DNA of 64,000 bases from Bacteroidota bacterium. Its GTDB lineage: Bacteria > Bacteroidota > Ignavibacteria > UBA10030. The position numbers were made by a program, and so were the translations under genes. Shown in pieces: positions 1 to 10,442 of this stretch. The stretch lies in NCBI GenBank assembly GCA_021813905.1, contig JAKAJH010000008.1:870-64869 (forward strand), in the 5' to 3' direction. The notes beneath the pieces were generated by a model. That model was not told where the DNA came from and did not search any database. It saw only the letters and a list, made by a program, of their open reading frames with translations. The first letter of the stretch is position 1; each line of letters opens with the position of its first letter.

Positions 1-112
1 CATACACCGCGCTGCGAGACCGCAGTGCGCATCGCATCGATGATCAGGCGGACCACTTCGGAATCAAGGACCGCGCGAGAAGGGAAGATTCGGATGCGAA
101 CGGATTCGTCCA

Positions 113-1612
113 TCAGGCGCCTGCAGTCCCATGCGGGGTGCAATCGTGGATCCACCACCGCCCGTCGCGTCCCAGCAGATCATCCGCCGCCGCAGGCCCC
201 CAACTTCCCCGCGGGTACCGCTCCAGCGGCGGTGCGTAGTCGCTCTCCCAGCCTTCCCGGATCCCGTCCGCGATCTCCCAGGACGTTTCAATTTCGTCGC
301 TGCGGGCAAACAGCGATGCATCCCCGTTCAACGCATCGAGGAGCAGTCGCTCGTACGCCTCCGGCAACGGCGTACCAACAAATGAATCGCGGAAGTGAAA
401 ATCCATATCCACCGGATGCGTCTGCAATCCCTGATCAGGGACTTTCGCGAGGAAACGGAGATGAATGCCTTCGTCGGGCTGGATGCACATGCTGAGACGA
501 TTGGTGAATAGCTCTGTGCGGCCCGCTGCCACGTCGAGGATCTGCGTCGGCGGCCGCCGGAATTGAATGGCGATCTCCGAGGCCTTCTCCGCCATCCGCT
601 TTCCGGATCGGACGTAGAACGGAACCCCCTGCCACCGCCAGTTCTCCACGTGCAGCTTGATCGCAGTGAAGGTCTCCGTCATCGAATCCGGCGCGACACC
701 TTCTTCGGTGCGATATCCCTCATACTGTCCGCGCACCGTATGGCGGGCCGAGTATTCCGGCGAGATCCGGCGAATGGCTTTCAGCACCTTCACCTTCTCG
801 TTTCGCAGGGCATCGGCTTCGAACACAACCGGCGATTCCATTGCCACGAGCGTGACCAGCTGGAGGAGATGGTTCTGCACCATGTCCCGGAGGATGCCCG
901 TGTGATCGTAGTAGCCGGCGCGATGCTCGACGCCGACCGACTCCGCCACGGTAATCTGGACATGATCGACGTAGTTACGGTTCCAGAGGGGCTCAAAGAT
1001 GGCATTGCCGAAGCGGAAGACCAGAAGGTTCTGGACGGTCTCTTTGCCGAGATAGTGGTCAATGCGGTAGATCTGCGATTCGGAGAGGACCTCATGCAGA
1101 TCCCCGTTCAGCGCCAGGGCCGAGGCCAGATCGCGGCCGAACGGCTTCTCGATCACAACCCGGCGGAAGCCCTGCCCGTCCGATTCCTTCAACAGCGACG
1201 CACCGGCAAGCGCCCGAATGATCCGTGTATAGAGATCGGGAGCGGTCGCGAGGTAGTACACGACCGCCGCGGGACCGTGTCCGGATCCGGCCAGGCGAAG
1301 CGCCAGTTGCGCGGCGAATTCAGGACTTCCCCCGTCTCCCGAGAGGTACGAAAGGCTCTGCGCAAATGCAGTCCACATCGTTTCATCGAACGGTCCGGAA
1401 GCGACGCCGGCGACCGCTTCACGCATCCGATCGCGAAAGGCCTCATCGGAGAACGGCGTTCGGGCGACGCCGATGATGCGTGTGTGCTCCGGAAGCCGAT
1501 GCTTGCGGAAGTTGCTGAAGAGCGCAGGAACGAGTTTTCGGCTCGTCAAATCTCCCGACGCCCCGAAGATGACGATTGTGGTATCCATCGATCGATCGGC
1601 TGTGAGTGACAC
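113..1612 (-). CDS. zwf: glucose-6-phosphate 1-dehydrogenase
   Basis: 499-aa ORF. N-terminal NADP-binding motif IVIFGASGDLTSRKL and G6PD signature RIDHYLGKE are read directly from the translation. A downstream internal Met (MDTTIVIF) at about 1588 is an alternative start. Confidence 0.9.
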   Translation of the reverse strand: MSLTADRSMDTTIVIFGASGDLTSRKLVPALFSNFRKHRLPEHTRIIGVARTPFSDEAFRDRMREAVAGVASGPFDETMWTAFAQSLSYLSGDGGSPEFAAQLALRLAGSGHGPAAVVYYLATAPDLYTRIIRALAGASLLKESDGQGFRRVVIEKPFGRDLASALALNGDLHEVLSESQIYRIDHYLGKETVQNLLVFRFGNAIFEPLWNRNYVDHVQITVAESVGVEHRAGYYDHTGILRDMVQNHLLQLVTLVAMESPVVFEADALRNEKVKVLKAIRRISPEYSARHTVRGQYEGYRTEEGVAPDSMTETFTAIKLHVENWRWQGVPFYVRSGKRMAEKASEIAIQFRRPPTQILDVAAGRTELFTNRLSMCIQPDEGIHLRFLAKVPDQGLQTHPVDMDFHFRDSFVGTPLPEAYERLLLDALNGDASLFARSDEIETSWEIADGIREGWESDYAPPLERYPRGSWGPAAADDLLGRDGRWWIHDCTPHGTAGA

Positions 1613-1670
1613 CGGGAAGATACGAAATTGCGCGGCGCAAAGACAGCGCGATTCACACGAAGACGGCAGG

Positions 1671-1689
1671 ACCCCCGCGGTGCGGGGGT
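1671..1689 (-). terminator. possible hairpin downstream of msrAB (acccccgc-ggt-gcgggggt)
   Basis: Perfect 8-bp GC-rich inverted repeat in the 125-nt gap between msrAB and zwf. There is no clear U-tract, so this is weak. Confidence 0.25.
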
Positions 1690-1737
1690 TCAGACGGTCG
1701 GAGCAGCTGTCCGCTGCCCTTCAAGACCGGGTCGCGA

Positions 1738-2817
1738 TCACTTGAAGAGGTAGAGCAGGTATCCGTACCCTGCCTTTGCCATCTCTTCGCGGGGGATGAA
1801 CTTCAGCGAGGCGGAATTGATGCAGTACCGCAGGTGCGTCGGTCCCGGTCCGTCATCGAACACATGGCCCAGATGCGTCTGTCCCGACACGCTTTCCACC
1901 TGCACGCGGTTCATCCCCAGGGAGGTATCGGGCCGCTTGACGACAGAGCGGGGATCGATCGGTTTGGTGAAGCTCGGCCATCCCGTCCCGGAATCGAACT
2001 TGTCGCGAGAGCTGAACAATGGCTGGCCGGTCACAATGTCGACATAGATCCCTTGTTTCTCGTTGTTCCAGAACTCATTATTGAAGGCGCCTTCGGTTCC
2101 GCACATCTGCGTAACGTCGAACTGAAGCCCGCTCAGTTGTTTCTTCAGTTCTTCCGCCGACGGCTTTCTGAATTTCTTCAGCCCGATGTCGCCCCACACG
2201 CTCCGGATGAAGTCATCCCGCCCTGAAGCGCTGCGGTAGCTGTAGTAGCGCACGGGATTCTTTCTGCAATATTGCTGATGGTAGTCCTCCGCGGGGTAGA
2301 ATTCCGTGTACGGTCGGATCTCCGTCACGATCGGCTTCTCAAAGATGCCGGAGCGATCGAGTTCCTGTTTCGATTCTTCCGCAACCTTCTTTTGCAGGCC
2401 GTTGTGATAGAAGATCGCCGACCTGTACTGCGTGCCGCGGTCGTGAAACGATCCGCCGGCATCGGTCGGGTCGAACTGCCGCCAGTACATGTCGAGCAGT
2501 TCGGAATAGCTGATCAGCTCCGGATCGTACAGGATCTGCACTGACTCGAGGTGACCGGTCGTGCCGCTGCAGACCTGTTCATAGGTCGGGTTTTTGACAT
2601 GACCGCCGGCATATCCCGAGATGACCTTCTTCACGCCGTCGAGCGTGTCAAATGCAGCTTCGATGCACCAGAAACAGCCGCCGGCGAACGTGGCGGTATC
2701 GAGACGCGCACCGTCGGCGGGAATCATTCGCTCACCCATATCTTTCGAGTCCATGTTGGCGCAGGCGGCAAGGAACAGTCCTCCTGCAATGAGTATGAAG
2801 ACAGATTTCATGAACAA
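1738..2817 (-). CDS. msrAB: bifunctional peptide-methionine (S)/(R)-sulfoxide reductase, MsrA-MsrB fusion, probable lipoprotein
   Basis: 359-aa ORF. MsrA active-site motif GGCFWC sits in the N-terminal half. The C-terminal half carries SelR/MsrB motifs ([24 protein letters not shown]). The N-terminus [19 protein letters not shown] looks like a lipoprotein signal. Confidence 0.9.
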   Translation of the reverse strand: MFMKSVFILIAGGLFLAACANMDSKDMGERMIPADGARLDTATFAGGCFWCIEAAFDTLDGVKKVISGYAGGHVKNPTYEQVCSGTTGHLESVQILYDPELISYSELLDMYWRQFDPTDAGGSFHDRGTQYRSAIFYHNGLQKKVAEESKQELDRSGIFEKPIVTEIRPYTEFYPAEDYHQQYCRKNPVRYYSYRSASGRDDFIRSVWGDIGLKKFRKPSAEELKKQLSGLQFDVTQMCGTEGAFNNEFWNNEKQGIYVDIVTGQPLFSSRDKFDSGTGWPSFTKPIDPRSVVKRPDTSLGMNRVQVESVSGQTHLGHVFDDGPGPTHLRYCINSASLKFIPREEMAKAGYGYLLYLFK

Positions 2818-3046
2818 CGCTCCTCAATCGCTCCCGCCGGTCCAAGGGCAAGTCCAGATATCCGGCGGCGATCGTCGCTTTGAAATATAAGGCAACGAGC
2901 GGGGACAAAAGTTCCGCGGGCCGTTTCCGCGGCTCGTTTGCCCGAATGAGTTCCACATCGCAAAATCCCCCATTGTTCGCTGAAAAACAGGGCATCCCGA
3001 CACCACTTCCAATGAATCACCCCCGAACAATTCCCGGAAACTCTCG

Positions 3047-3155
3047 GAACCAAATTGGTTTTCTGTGCGTTCTTATGTATCGATTGGCGATAGAGCGCCC
3101 AATTAGACGTTATTTCACTGATGTGAAGGAAACCATTTATACCCAATTGGTTTCC
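3047..3155. promoter_or_regulatory. two related palindromic candidate TetR operators in the msrAB/tetR divergent intergenic region
   Basis: Site 1 is GGAACCAaatTGGTTTTC at about 3047-3064. Site 2 is GGAAACCA-12nt-TGGTTTCC at 3128-3155 and contains the perfect palindrome CCAATTGG. Site 2 ends about 20 nt upstream of the TetR start, which is preceded by the RBS aaaGGAGcc. Confidence 0.35.
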
Positions 3156-3177
3156 AAGAGCCCAAAAGGAGCCACAA

Positions 3178-3807
3178 ATGTCCGATCAGGAAACGAAGAA
3201 CAGGATCCTCGACAAAGCGCTGGATCACTTCCTGCAGTTCGGATTCAGCAAAGTGACCATGAACGAGATCGCCGAAGATCTCGGCATGAGCAAGAAGACG
3301 CTCTATCAGTACTTCACGGGAAAAGAAGAACTGCTCCTCGCCGTTTTGAACCGGATGCACACGGACACGGCGGTCCGCATCGACGCGCTCATCGACGACG
3401 TCCAGATGGACTTTCCGGAGAAGCTGAGGTCCATCCTGGGAATCGTCGCGTCCTTCCAGGCGCGGCTCACGCCCCACTTCCTGAGCGACATACAGAAACA
3501 TGTTCCGGAGGCCGAGCGCTGCTCGGATAAGTTCCGGAATGAGCGCATGCACCAGATGACTGCCCGACTCCTCGACGAAGGCGTTCAGAAAGGCATCTTC
3601 CGGAACGATCTTCCCGTCGACCTGATCGCACTCGTCTATGCCGGTGCCGTCCAGACGCTCTTGCGGCCGGAATCTCTGCATCAGCTTTCGATGCAGCCAT
3701 CCATGGCGCATGCCGCTGTTGCCGACGTGCTGTTCAACGGCATCCTCACCGCGGAAGGACGAACCCGGCTGCACCCGACATCCGCTCCGTCTGCCGTCCC
3801 GCTGTAA
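3178..3807 (+). CDS. TetR/AcrR family transcriptional regulator
   Basis: 209-aa ORF. N-terminal TetR helix-turn-helix ILDKALDHFLQFGFSKVTMNEIAEDLGMSKKTLYQYF. It lies immediately upstream of the efflux operon. Confidence 0.85.
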   Translation: MSDQETKNRILDKALDHFLQFGFSKVTMNEIAEDLGMSKKTLYQYFTGKEELLLAVLNRMHTDTAVRIDALIDDVQMDFPEKLRSILGIVASFQARLTPHFLSDIQKHVPEAERCSDKFRNERMHQMTARLLDEGVQKGIFRNDLPVDLIALVYAGAVQTLLRPESLHQLSMQPSMAHAAVADVLFNGILTAEGRTRLHPTSAPSAVPL

Positions 3808-3831
3808 CAGAACCAGAAAAGGATTCTCTCA

Positions 3832-5160
3832 ATGATCCGCTCCGTATCCAGACTGTTCCTCGCCGTCCTGTTGCCCCTCGCATCGCTGGCCGCGCAAGAG
3901 TCCATGTCCCTCTCCGTGGATGAGGCGATCCGCATCGCCTTCGACAAGAGCAAGGCGCTGCACGCGTCAGAGATGAAAGTGCAGTATGCCGACGCACGCT
4001 CGGGTGAAGCACGGACTGCGTTGCTGCCAACGCTCAAGTTCGGCGGCGCCTATACGCGGCTGAGCAACGTGCCGTCGTTCACCGTGTCGCTTCCCCTTCC
4101 CCCGCCGGCGCCACGCTCGTTCACGCTTGCACCCGCGATCCTTGACAATTACAACCTGCACCTGACACTTCAGCAGCCCCTGTTCACAGGGTGGAAGATC
4201 CGGAGCGCGGTGAACGCCGCCGAGTATTCCGCGAACGCGACACAAAAAGACTACGACAAGGACCGCAACGACCTGATCTACAACACCAAGCTTGCGTACT
4301 GGAATCTCTCGAAGGCATCGGAGCTCGCGACTGTGGTGAGCGACAATGTGGAGCAGATCAAGGCCCACCTGAAGGATGTGCAGAATCTGCACACCCAGGG
4401 CCTGGCGACCCGCAACGATGTGCTCAAGGTCCAGGTACAACTTTCGGAAGCACAGCTGCGTCAGATCGACGCCCAGAATGCCGTCCGCCTCGGGATGATC
4501 GCCTTGAACAACACCATCGGACTGCCGCTGGACACAGAGGTCTCCCTCACCAGCACGCTGGACCACCTGCCAAAGGCATCCGAGCCCCTTCCCGCACTGA
4601 TCAACAGGGCGCTTGAACGTCGTGCCGAGATCAAAGGTATGGAGTTCCGCGTGAAAGCCGGCGAGGCCGGTCTTGCCCAGGCGCGCTCGGGATGGTTTCC
4701 GCAGTTCTATCTCACGGGAGACTACTACTACAACCGTCCGAATCAGCGGTACCAGCCGCTGACCGACGCATTCAAGGATTCCTGGGATATCGGCGTCGCG
4801 GTCTCCTTTGATATCTGGAACTGGGGCGCGACGGTCCGCCAGACCGACGCCGCGGCGGCGCAACTCGCGCAGGCGCAGGACGGTCTGGACCAGATGCGCG
4901 ACGGTGTCACGCTGGACGTCACCAGCAACTACCTGAATCTGAAACGCGCCGTTGAGAAGATCACGGTGGCGGAACAGGGCGTGCGACAGGCCGAAGAGAG
5001 CTATCGGGTAACCCGAAGCCGCTTCCAGCAGGGACTCTCCACCAACACCGATCTGCTGGATGCGGAGGTGGCTCTGCTGCAGGCGAAAACGAACCGCACG
5101 CAGGCACGAACCGATTATGAGCTCGCGGAAGCGGGCCTTGAACGCGCGATCGGCGAATGA
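3832..5160 (+). CDS. TolC-like outer membrane efflux protein (OMF family)
   Basis: 442-aa ORF with signal peptide MIRSVSRLFLAVLLPLASLAAQ. It has two outer-membrane-efflux-protein-type coiled-coil repeats (LTLQQPLFTGWKI.., Q/L-rich helices). It sits 24 nt downstream of TetR and upstream of MFP and RND genes. Confidence 0.8.
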   Translation: MIRSVSRLFLAVLLPLASLAAQESMSLSVDEAIRIAFDKSKALHASEMKVQYADARSGEARTALLPTLKFGGAYTRLSNVPSFTVSLPLPPPAPRSFTLAPAILDNYNLHLTLQQPLFTGWKIRSAVNAAEYSANATQKDYDKDRNDLIYNTKLAYWNLSKASELATVVSDNVEQIKAHLKDVQNLHTQGLATRNDVLKVQVQLSEAQLRQIDAQNAVRLGMIALNNTIGLPLDTEVSLTSTLDHLPKASEPLPALINRALERRAEIKGMEFRVKAGEAGLAQARSGWFPQFYLTGDYYYNRPNQRYQPLTDAFKDSWDIGVAVSFDIWNWGATVRQTDAAAAQLAQAQDGLDQMRDGVTLDVTSNYLNLKRAVEKITVAEQGVRQAEESYRVTRSRFQQGLSTNTDLLDAEVALLQAKTNRTQARTDYELAEAGLERAIGE

Positions 5161-5199
5161 CCGCCGACCGCCGGAGCGATTTTCAATCAGGAGCCATTA

Positions 5200-6249
5200 A
5201 TGAAACGATCCAGGATCTTTGTTGTGTCCCTTGCCCTTCTCGGGCTCACCGTCACGATCCTTCTCATGAACCGATCGCGCATGAAAGCCGCCGCCCGGAG
5301 TGAGGAGGTCCGATTCCTCCCCGTCACGCTCGTGCAGCCGGAGCGCATCCCGCTGGACGAACAGCTGTCCCTCACCGGCACGATCGCCGGCAACAACGAC
5401 GTCCCGGTGATCGCGGAGACACAAGGGAAGGTCACACGGGTGTTCGTCTCGGTGGGCGATCAGGTCCGCGCCGGGCAGCCGCTGGTGCAGGTGGACGACG
5501 AACTGAAACACGCCAATTTCCAGGCCGCAACCGTCAACTATGAAAAAGCGCAGCGCGACTATGAGCGCTTCCAATCGCTCATCAAAGACAGCACCATCAG
5601 CGATGCGCAGCTCGAGTCCGGCCGGCTCGCCTACAAGTCTGCGGAAGCGCAGTACATCATCGCACGGCGCCAGTACGAGGACGCCACCATCAAATCGCCG
5701 ATCGCCGGCGTGGTCACGGCGCGCCCGGTGGACATCGGGGTGATGGTCCAGAACAATTCGATGGTCGCAGAAGTCGTGGACATTTCGCGGCTGAAAGTGG
5801 ATCTGCGTGTGGCGGAAGAAGACGTCTTCAAGATGCACGAGGGCGATTCGGTGGCGGTCACGACCGACGTGTACCCCGGCGTCACGTTCCGGGGAAGAAT
5901 CTCCACCATCAGCGACAAGGCGGACGACGGTCACACCTACGCAGTGCAGGCCGTCCTCCCGAACAGCACCCGGCACCCGCTGAAGGCCGGTATGTTCGGC
6001 CGCGTCTCGTTCGTGGCGATCGGACCGGTCGAGTCGCTGAGCATTCCACGCCGTGCGCTTGTCGGAAGCATTCGCACACCGCAAGTGTTCGTGGTCGACA
6101 ATAACATCGCCCATCTCCGATCGATCGTCGTCGGCGGCGAATATGACTCCCGTCTGCAGATCGTGTCCGGTTTGAGCGCCGGGGAACAGATCGTGGCCAG
6201 CGGACAGAACAATCTCAAGGACGGCGTCGCGGTGACGGTGGTCCAGTAA
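5200..6249 (+). CDS. efflux RND transporter periplasmic adaptor subunit (MFP/HlyD family)
   Basis: 349 aa with an N-terminal TM anchor and a biotinyl/lipoyl-like hairpin region (GTIAGNNDVPVIAETQGKVTRVFVSVGDQVRAGQPLVQVD). Position between the OMF and RND pump genes. Confidence 0.85.
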   Translation: MKRSRIFVVSLALLGLTVTILLMNRSRMKAAARSEEVRFLPVTLVQPERIPLDEQLSLTGTIAGNNDVPVIAETQGKVTRVFVSVGDQVRAGQPLVQVDDELKHANFQAATVNYEKAQRDYERFQSLIKDSTISDAQLESGRLAYKSAEAQYIIARRQYEDATIKSPIAGVVTARPVDIGVMVQNNSMVAEVVDISRLKVDLRVAEEDVFKMHEGDSVAVTTDVYPGVTFRGRISTISDKADDGHTYAVQAVLPNSTRHPLKAGMFGRVSFVAIGPVESLSIPRRALVGSIRTPQVFVVDNNIAHLRSIVVGGEYDSRLQIVSGLSAGEQIVASGQNNLKDGVAVTVVQ

Positions 6250-6279
6250 CGATCAGCCGCAGACCCGGAGAACAGATCC

Positions 6280-9200
6280 ATGACCATTACCGAACTTTCC
6301 ATCAAACGACCGACGCTGATCGTTGTCATCTTTGCCGCGCTTAGCGTGGTCGGTTTGTACAGTTACAGCCTGCTCAAGTACGAGCTGCTTCCGAAGATCT
6401 CGGCGCCGTTCGTGACGATCACCACGATCTATCCCGGCGCGTCTCCCTCGGAAGTCCAGAATTCGGTCTCGAAGCCGATCGAGGACGCGGTGTCCGGCCT
6501 CGATAAGGTCAATGCCGTGAACAGTACATCGTCCGAAGGCGTCTCGTTCGTCAGCATCGAGTTCGATCAGTCGGCCGACGTCAATCAATCCCTTCAGGAT
6601 GCGCAGCGCAAGGTCAACGAGATCGTCGCCACGCTCCCGGAAGACGCCCGGACGCCGACGATCACCAAGTTCGCTCTGGATGAGCTGCCCGTTCTGCGGA
6701 TGGGCGTCACCAGCACGCTTCCCAGCCGCCAGTTCTATCAGTTGCTCAAGGATCAGATCAAGCCGCGACTGTCGAAGCTCCCCGGTGTCGCGCAGATTAC
6801 GCTGGTCGGCGGCGAGGAGCGCGAGATCCGCATCAATCTTGACGCCGGCAAGCTGCGCTCCTACGGCCTGTCCCTGCTGCAGGTCGTGCAGGCGGTGCGA
6901 ACATCCAACCTCGACTTCCCCGCCGGGAATATCAAGGAAGGCGCGACCCAGTTCACGGTCCGCATGGCGGGCAAGTTTCTCTCGCTCGATGACATCCGGA
7001 ATCTCGTGGTGGGACGCACCCGTCAGGGGGGTGACATCACGCTGGCCAACGTCGGCGAGATCGAGGACGGCCAGAAGGAATACACGACCATCAGCCGCAT
7101 CAACGGCGTCACCGCGGTTGGCATGCTCGTTCAGAAGCAATCGGACGCCAATTCGGTTGATGTCAGCGCCGCTGTGCGGGCGGAGCTGCCGAAGATCGAG
7201 CAGACCTACAAGGACATCCACCTGTCGTTCGACATCGCCCAGGACGGCTCCACGTTTACCAGGGACGCCGCGGATGCGGTAAAGCATGACCTGATGCTCG
7301 CGGTGGTGCTCGTGGCGGTGGTGATGCTGGCGTTCCTGCACAGCATCCGGAACTCGCTCATCGTCATGATCGCGATCCCGGCTTCGATGATCTCGACGTT
7401 CATCGCGATGTATCTCTTCGGCCTGACGCTCAACCTCATGACGCTCCTCGGCCTCTCGCTCGTTGTCGGCATCCTTGTGGACGACTCGATCGTGGTACTG
7501 GAGAATATCTATCGTCACCTTGAACACGGCGAGGAGAAGCAGGCCGCCGCGCTCCACGGACGGAATGAGATCGGCTTTGCGGCCCTCTCGATCACCCTCG
7601 TGGACGTCGTGGTGTTCCTGCCGCTGTCGCTCGTCTCGGGTCTGATCGGCAACATCATGCGCGAGTTCGCCCTCACAGTGGTGTTCTCGACGCTGATGTC
7701 GCTGTTCGTCTCGTTCACGATCACGCCCATGCTCGCCTCCCGATTCGCCAAGCTGGAGCGCCTGACGAAGAACTCGATTCTTGGAGCATTCGCCCTCTGG
7801 TTCGAGGCACAGTACCGCGCCCTGACGCAGCAGTATCTGCGAACCCTGCGCTGGAGCCTAGCCCACCGCGGCAAGGTAGCGTTGCTCACGGTCGCGCTGC
7901 TGATCGGCTCGTTCGCGCTGGTCCCGCTCGGGTTCATCGGCACGGAATTCATTGCGGTCGCCGATCAGGGCGAATTCACCGTCACCATCGAGATGGCTCC
8001 CGGCTCCACGCTGGAGAACACCAACTTCGCCACCCAGCGCGTGGAACGGATCCTGGCACAGATCCCGGAGGTCCGCAAGATGTTCGTGACGGTCGGGGCG
8101 TCCAGCGAAGGACTGATTGGCCAGACGTCAAACAACGCGTCGGAGATTGATGTGGCACTCATTCCCCGCGAGCAGCGAAGCCGTTCGACCGACGAAATCA
8201 CACGGGAAATCAAGGCGAAAGCCTCGGGAATCCCCGGCGCCAGCGTCCGCGTCAACCCCATCGGCATCTTCGGCACGGCCAACCAGACCCCGATCCAGGT
8301 TCTGGTGAGCGGCACCGATTACGATCAGGTACGCGCAGCGGCGGAGCACGTCGCGGACCTCATCCGGACTGTCCCGGGCACCGCGGATATTCGCTTGTCC
8401 GCGGAAGACGGCAAACCGGAGACGCGGATCGAGCTCGACCGGCAGAAGATGGCCTCCCTGGGTGTCAACCTGGCCGACGTCGGCTCGACGCTACGCGTCG
8501 CATTCAGCGGAGACGAGAATTCGAAATTCCGCGACGGCAACACGGATTACGACATGCGCATCGTGCTGGACGAGTTCAATCGCTCCCGGATCGAGGATGT
8601 CGGATCGCTCACGGTGATGAACCGTCGCGGTGATCTCATCGAGCTGAAGCAGTTCGCGGACATCTACCAGGCCACGGGTCCGACGAAGCTGCAACGGCGT
8701 GATCGCAACTACGCGGTCACGGTGTATTCGCAGGCCATCGGCCGCCCGACCGGCAGCATCGGCGCGGATATCCAGCGTCTGCTCGCGCATGCGCTTCCCC
8801 CGGGGGTCAGCATCACTTATCTGGGCGACCTCAAGAACCAGGCGGACGGATTCGGCAGCCTCGGCATTGCGCTGTTGGCGGCGATCCTGTTCATGTACAT
8901 GATCATGGTTGCACTGTACGACTCGTACCTCTACCCGTTCGTTGTCATGTTCTCCGTTCCCGTCGCCATGGTAGGAGCGCTGCTGGCGCTTGCGCTGACC
9001 ATGAAGGCGCTCAGCATCTTCTCCGTCCTGGGCATTATCATGCTGGTGGGTCTGGTCGGAAAGAACGCGATCCTGCTTGTCGACCGCACCAATCAGATGA
9101 AACAGGAGCGGGGGCTGTCCACGCATGACGCGCTTCTCGAAGCGGGTGAGACACGGCTGCGGCCGATCCTGATGACGACGGTCGCCATGGTGTTCGGTAT

Positions 9201-9459
9201 GCTGCCGATCGCACTCAGCACGCAGGCCGGTGCCGAGTGGAAGTCTGGCCTCGCCTGGGCTATCATCGGCGGATTGACCAGTTCACTGCTGCTGACGCTG
9301 ATCCTGGTGCCGGTCGTGTACACAACGGTGGATGAATGGAAGGTCTCGCTCCCCGCGTACCTGCGCTTGCTCTCGGAGCATCTGCGGCGGCGACTGCGTC
9401 CGGACGCGTCCCCGGCTGCCGGAATCGCCGAGCCGGTCCGTTCGTCATTCAAGGACTGA
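6280..9459 (+). CDS. RND multidrug efflux transporter, AcrB/AcrD/AcrF (HAE1) family
   Basis: 1059 aa, 12-TM architecture with two large periplasmic loops. Typical AcrB-family motifs are present (GLSLVVGILVDDSIVVLENIYRH, LVGKNAILLVDRTNQ). Confidence 0.95.
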   Translation: MTITELSIKRPTLIVVIFAALSVVGLYSYSLLKYELLPKISAPFVTITTIYPGASPSEVQNSVSKPIEDAVSGLDKVNAVNSTSSEGVSFVSIEFDQSADVNQSLQDAQRKVNEIVATLPEDARTPTITKFALDELPVLRMGVTSTLPSRQFYQLLKDQIKPRLSKLPGVAQITLVGGEEREIRINLDAGKLRSYGLSLLQVVQAVRTSNLDFPAGNIKEGATQFTVRMAGKFLSLDDIRNLVVGRTRQGGDITLANVGEIEDGQKEYTTISRINGVTAVGMLVQKQSDANSVDVSAAVRAELPKIEQTYKDIHLSFDIAQDGSTFTRDAADAVKHDLMLAVVLVAVVMLAFLHSIRNSLIVMIAIPASMISTFIAMYLFGLTLNLMTLLGLSLVVGILVDDSIVVLENIYRHLEHGEEKQAAALHGRNEIGFAALSITLVDVVVFLPLSLVSGLIGNIMREFALTVVFSTLMSLFVSFTITPMLASRFAKLERLTKNSILGAFALWFEAQYRALTQQYLRTLRWSLAHRGKVALLTVALLIGSFALVPLGFIGTEFIAVADQGEFTVTIEMAPGSTLENTNFATQRVERILAQIPEVRKMFVTVGASSEGLIGQTSNNASEIDVALIPREQRSRSTDEITREIKAKASGIPGASVRVNPIGIFGTANQTPIQVLVSGTDYDQVRAAAEHVADLIRTVPGTADIRLSAEDGKPETRIELDRQKMASLGVNLADVGSTLRVAFSGDENSKFRDGNTDYDMRIVLDEFNRSRIEDVGSLTVMNRRGDLIELKQFADIYQATGPTKLQRRDRNYAVTVYSQAIGRPTGSIGADIQRLLAHALPPGVSITYLGDLKNQADGFGSLGIALLAAILFMYMIMVALYDSYLYPFVVMFSVPVAMVGALLALALTMKALSIFSVLGIIMLVGLVGKNAILLVDRTNQMKQERGLSTHDALLEAGETRLRPILMTTVAMVFGMLPIALSTQAGAEWKSGLAWAIIGGLTSSLLLTLILVPVVYTTVDEWKVSLPAYLRLLSEHLRRRLRPDASPAAGIAEPVRSSFKD

Positions 9460-9515
9460 TCCCGGAACGCTGACCAGCGATCATTCTGTCCCCCACAGTC
9501 TCTGTTGCAGTTGCG

Positions 9516-9541
9516 GAACGCCCGGCGCAGGTCGGGCGTTC
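9516..9541 (+). terminator. rho-independent-type hairpin after the RND operon
   Basis: gaacgcccg-gcgcaggt-cgggcgttc: a perfect 9-bp stem followed by gcaTTTcc, about 55 nt after the RND stop. Confidence 0.5.
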
Positions 9542-9603
9542 GCATTTCCGGCCCCCCTCACCCGTTCTGCTGTTGCCATTCAGGGCTTGAACTCCTACAT
9601 TGA

Positions 9604-10245
9604 ATGGCGACCCCGCGTTCCGTTATGACGTTTCCGATCATTATTCAGGGCATCATCATCGGTTTCTCGCTGGCAGCCCCCGTGGGGCCCATCGGGATTC
9701 TCTGCATCCGGCGCACGCTGGCCCACGGCTTCTGGCGCGGCATGCTGGTGGGATTGGGAGGGGCGCTCGCCGATATCGTGTACGCGTTCGCCGGCGCATT
9801 CAGCACGTCACTTATCTTCACGTTCATCGCCGGCCATCAGTATGGCATCCGCGTCGGTGGCGGCGTGCTGCTGATTGCGGTCGGGCTCTACACGTTCGGC
9901 TCGCACCCCGAATCATCCGCTGCATCCAACCGCACCAACGGCGAAACCCGCATCCTGCTGTCGACATTCTTCCTTGCGCTGACCAACCCGATGACGCTCT
10001 TTGCATTCGCGGCGGCCTTCACGAGCATCGGCCTCCAGCAGGTTCCACAGGACCCGCTTTCCGCACTGCTGCTGGTCGTCGGCGTGTTCATCGGTTCCCT
10101 GAGCTGGTTCTCCCTGCTGACGGGCTTTTCACTCATCTTCCGCGAGAAGATCTCCACGCGCGGGCTCGCCATCGTGAGTAAGATCGCCGGAACGCTCCTG
10201 GTCCTGATCGGGGTAGCCGGTATCATCATCGGCCTGATCGGCTGA
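9604..10245 (+). CDS. LysE/RhtB family amino-acid exporter
   Basis: 213-aa polytopic membrane protein. The N-terminal IIQGIIIGFSLAAPVGPIGILCIRRTL matches the LysE-type translocator signature. Confidence 0.7.
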   Translation: MATPRSVMTFPIIIQGIIIGFSLAAPVGPIGILCIRRTLAHGFWRGMLVGLGGALADIVYAFAGAFSTSLIFTFIAGHQYGIRVGGGVLLIAVGLYTFGSHPESSAASNRTNGETRILLSTFFLALTNPMTLFAFAAAFTSIGLQQVPQDPLSALLLVVGVFIGSLSWFSLLTGFSLIFREKISTRGLAIVSKIAGTLLVLIGVAGIIIGLIG

Positions 10246-10442
10246 GCCCACGCCTCCTGACGCCGCGGTACGACCTGTCCGACGATTTCGACCATTCCAC
10301 GATTCAACCCAATCTTGCCGGCCTACTGCACCGACCGCCTTGCCGTTGCTTCTCGGACAACTCTTGCTCATGTTGATGCCATGAGGTCAACCGAACCACC
10401 TGCAAGGCCACCATCACCGTCACGATCTATCCCTGCGCATCG

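Noticed and set aside
25-495. 156-aa plus-strand ORF at the window start and the overlapping 348-aa plus-strand ORF 563-1609.
   Set aside because: Both are antisense to zwf, with no signal. The zwf call is unambiguous.
113-2817. zwf-msrAB adjacency as a dedicated oxidative-stress operon.
   Set aside because: A 125-nt gap with a possible hairpin separates them. Both are common housekeeping or stress genes, and nothing in the sequence indicates specific co-regulation.
2880-3530. 216-aa plus-strand ORF spanning the msrAB/TetR intergenic region and the TetR 5' end.
   Set aside because: It overlaps the TetR start in another frame, has no RBS or motif, and is Arg/Pro-rich. The region is better explained as a divergent promoter with operator palindromes.
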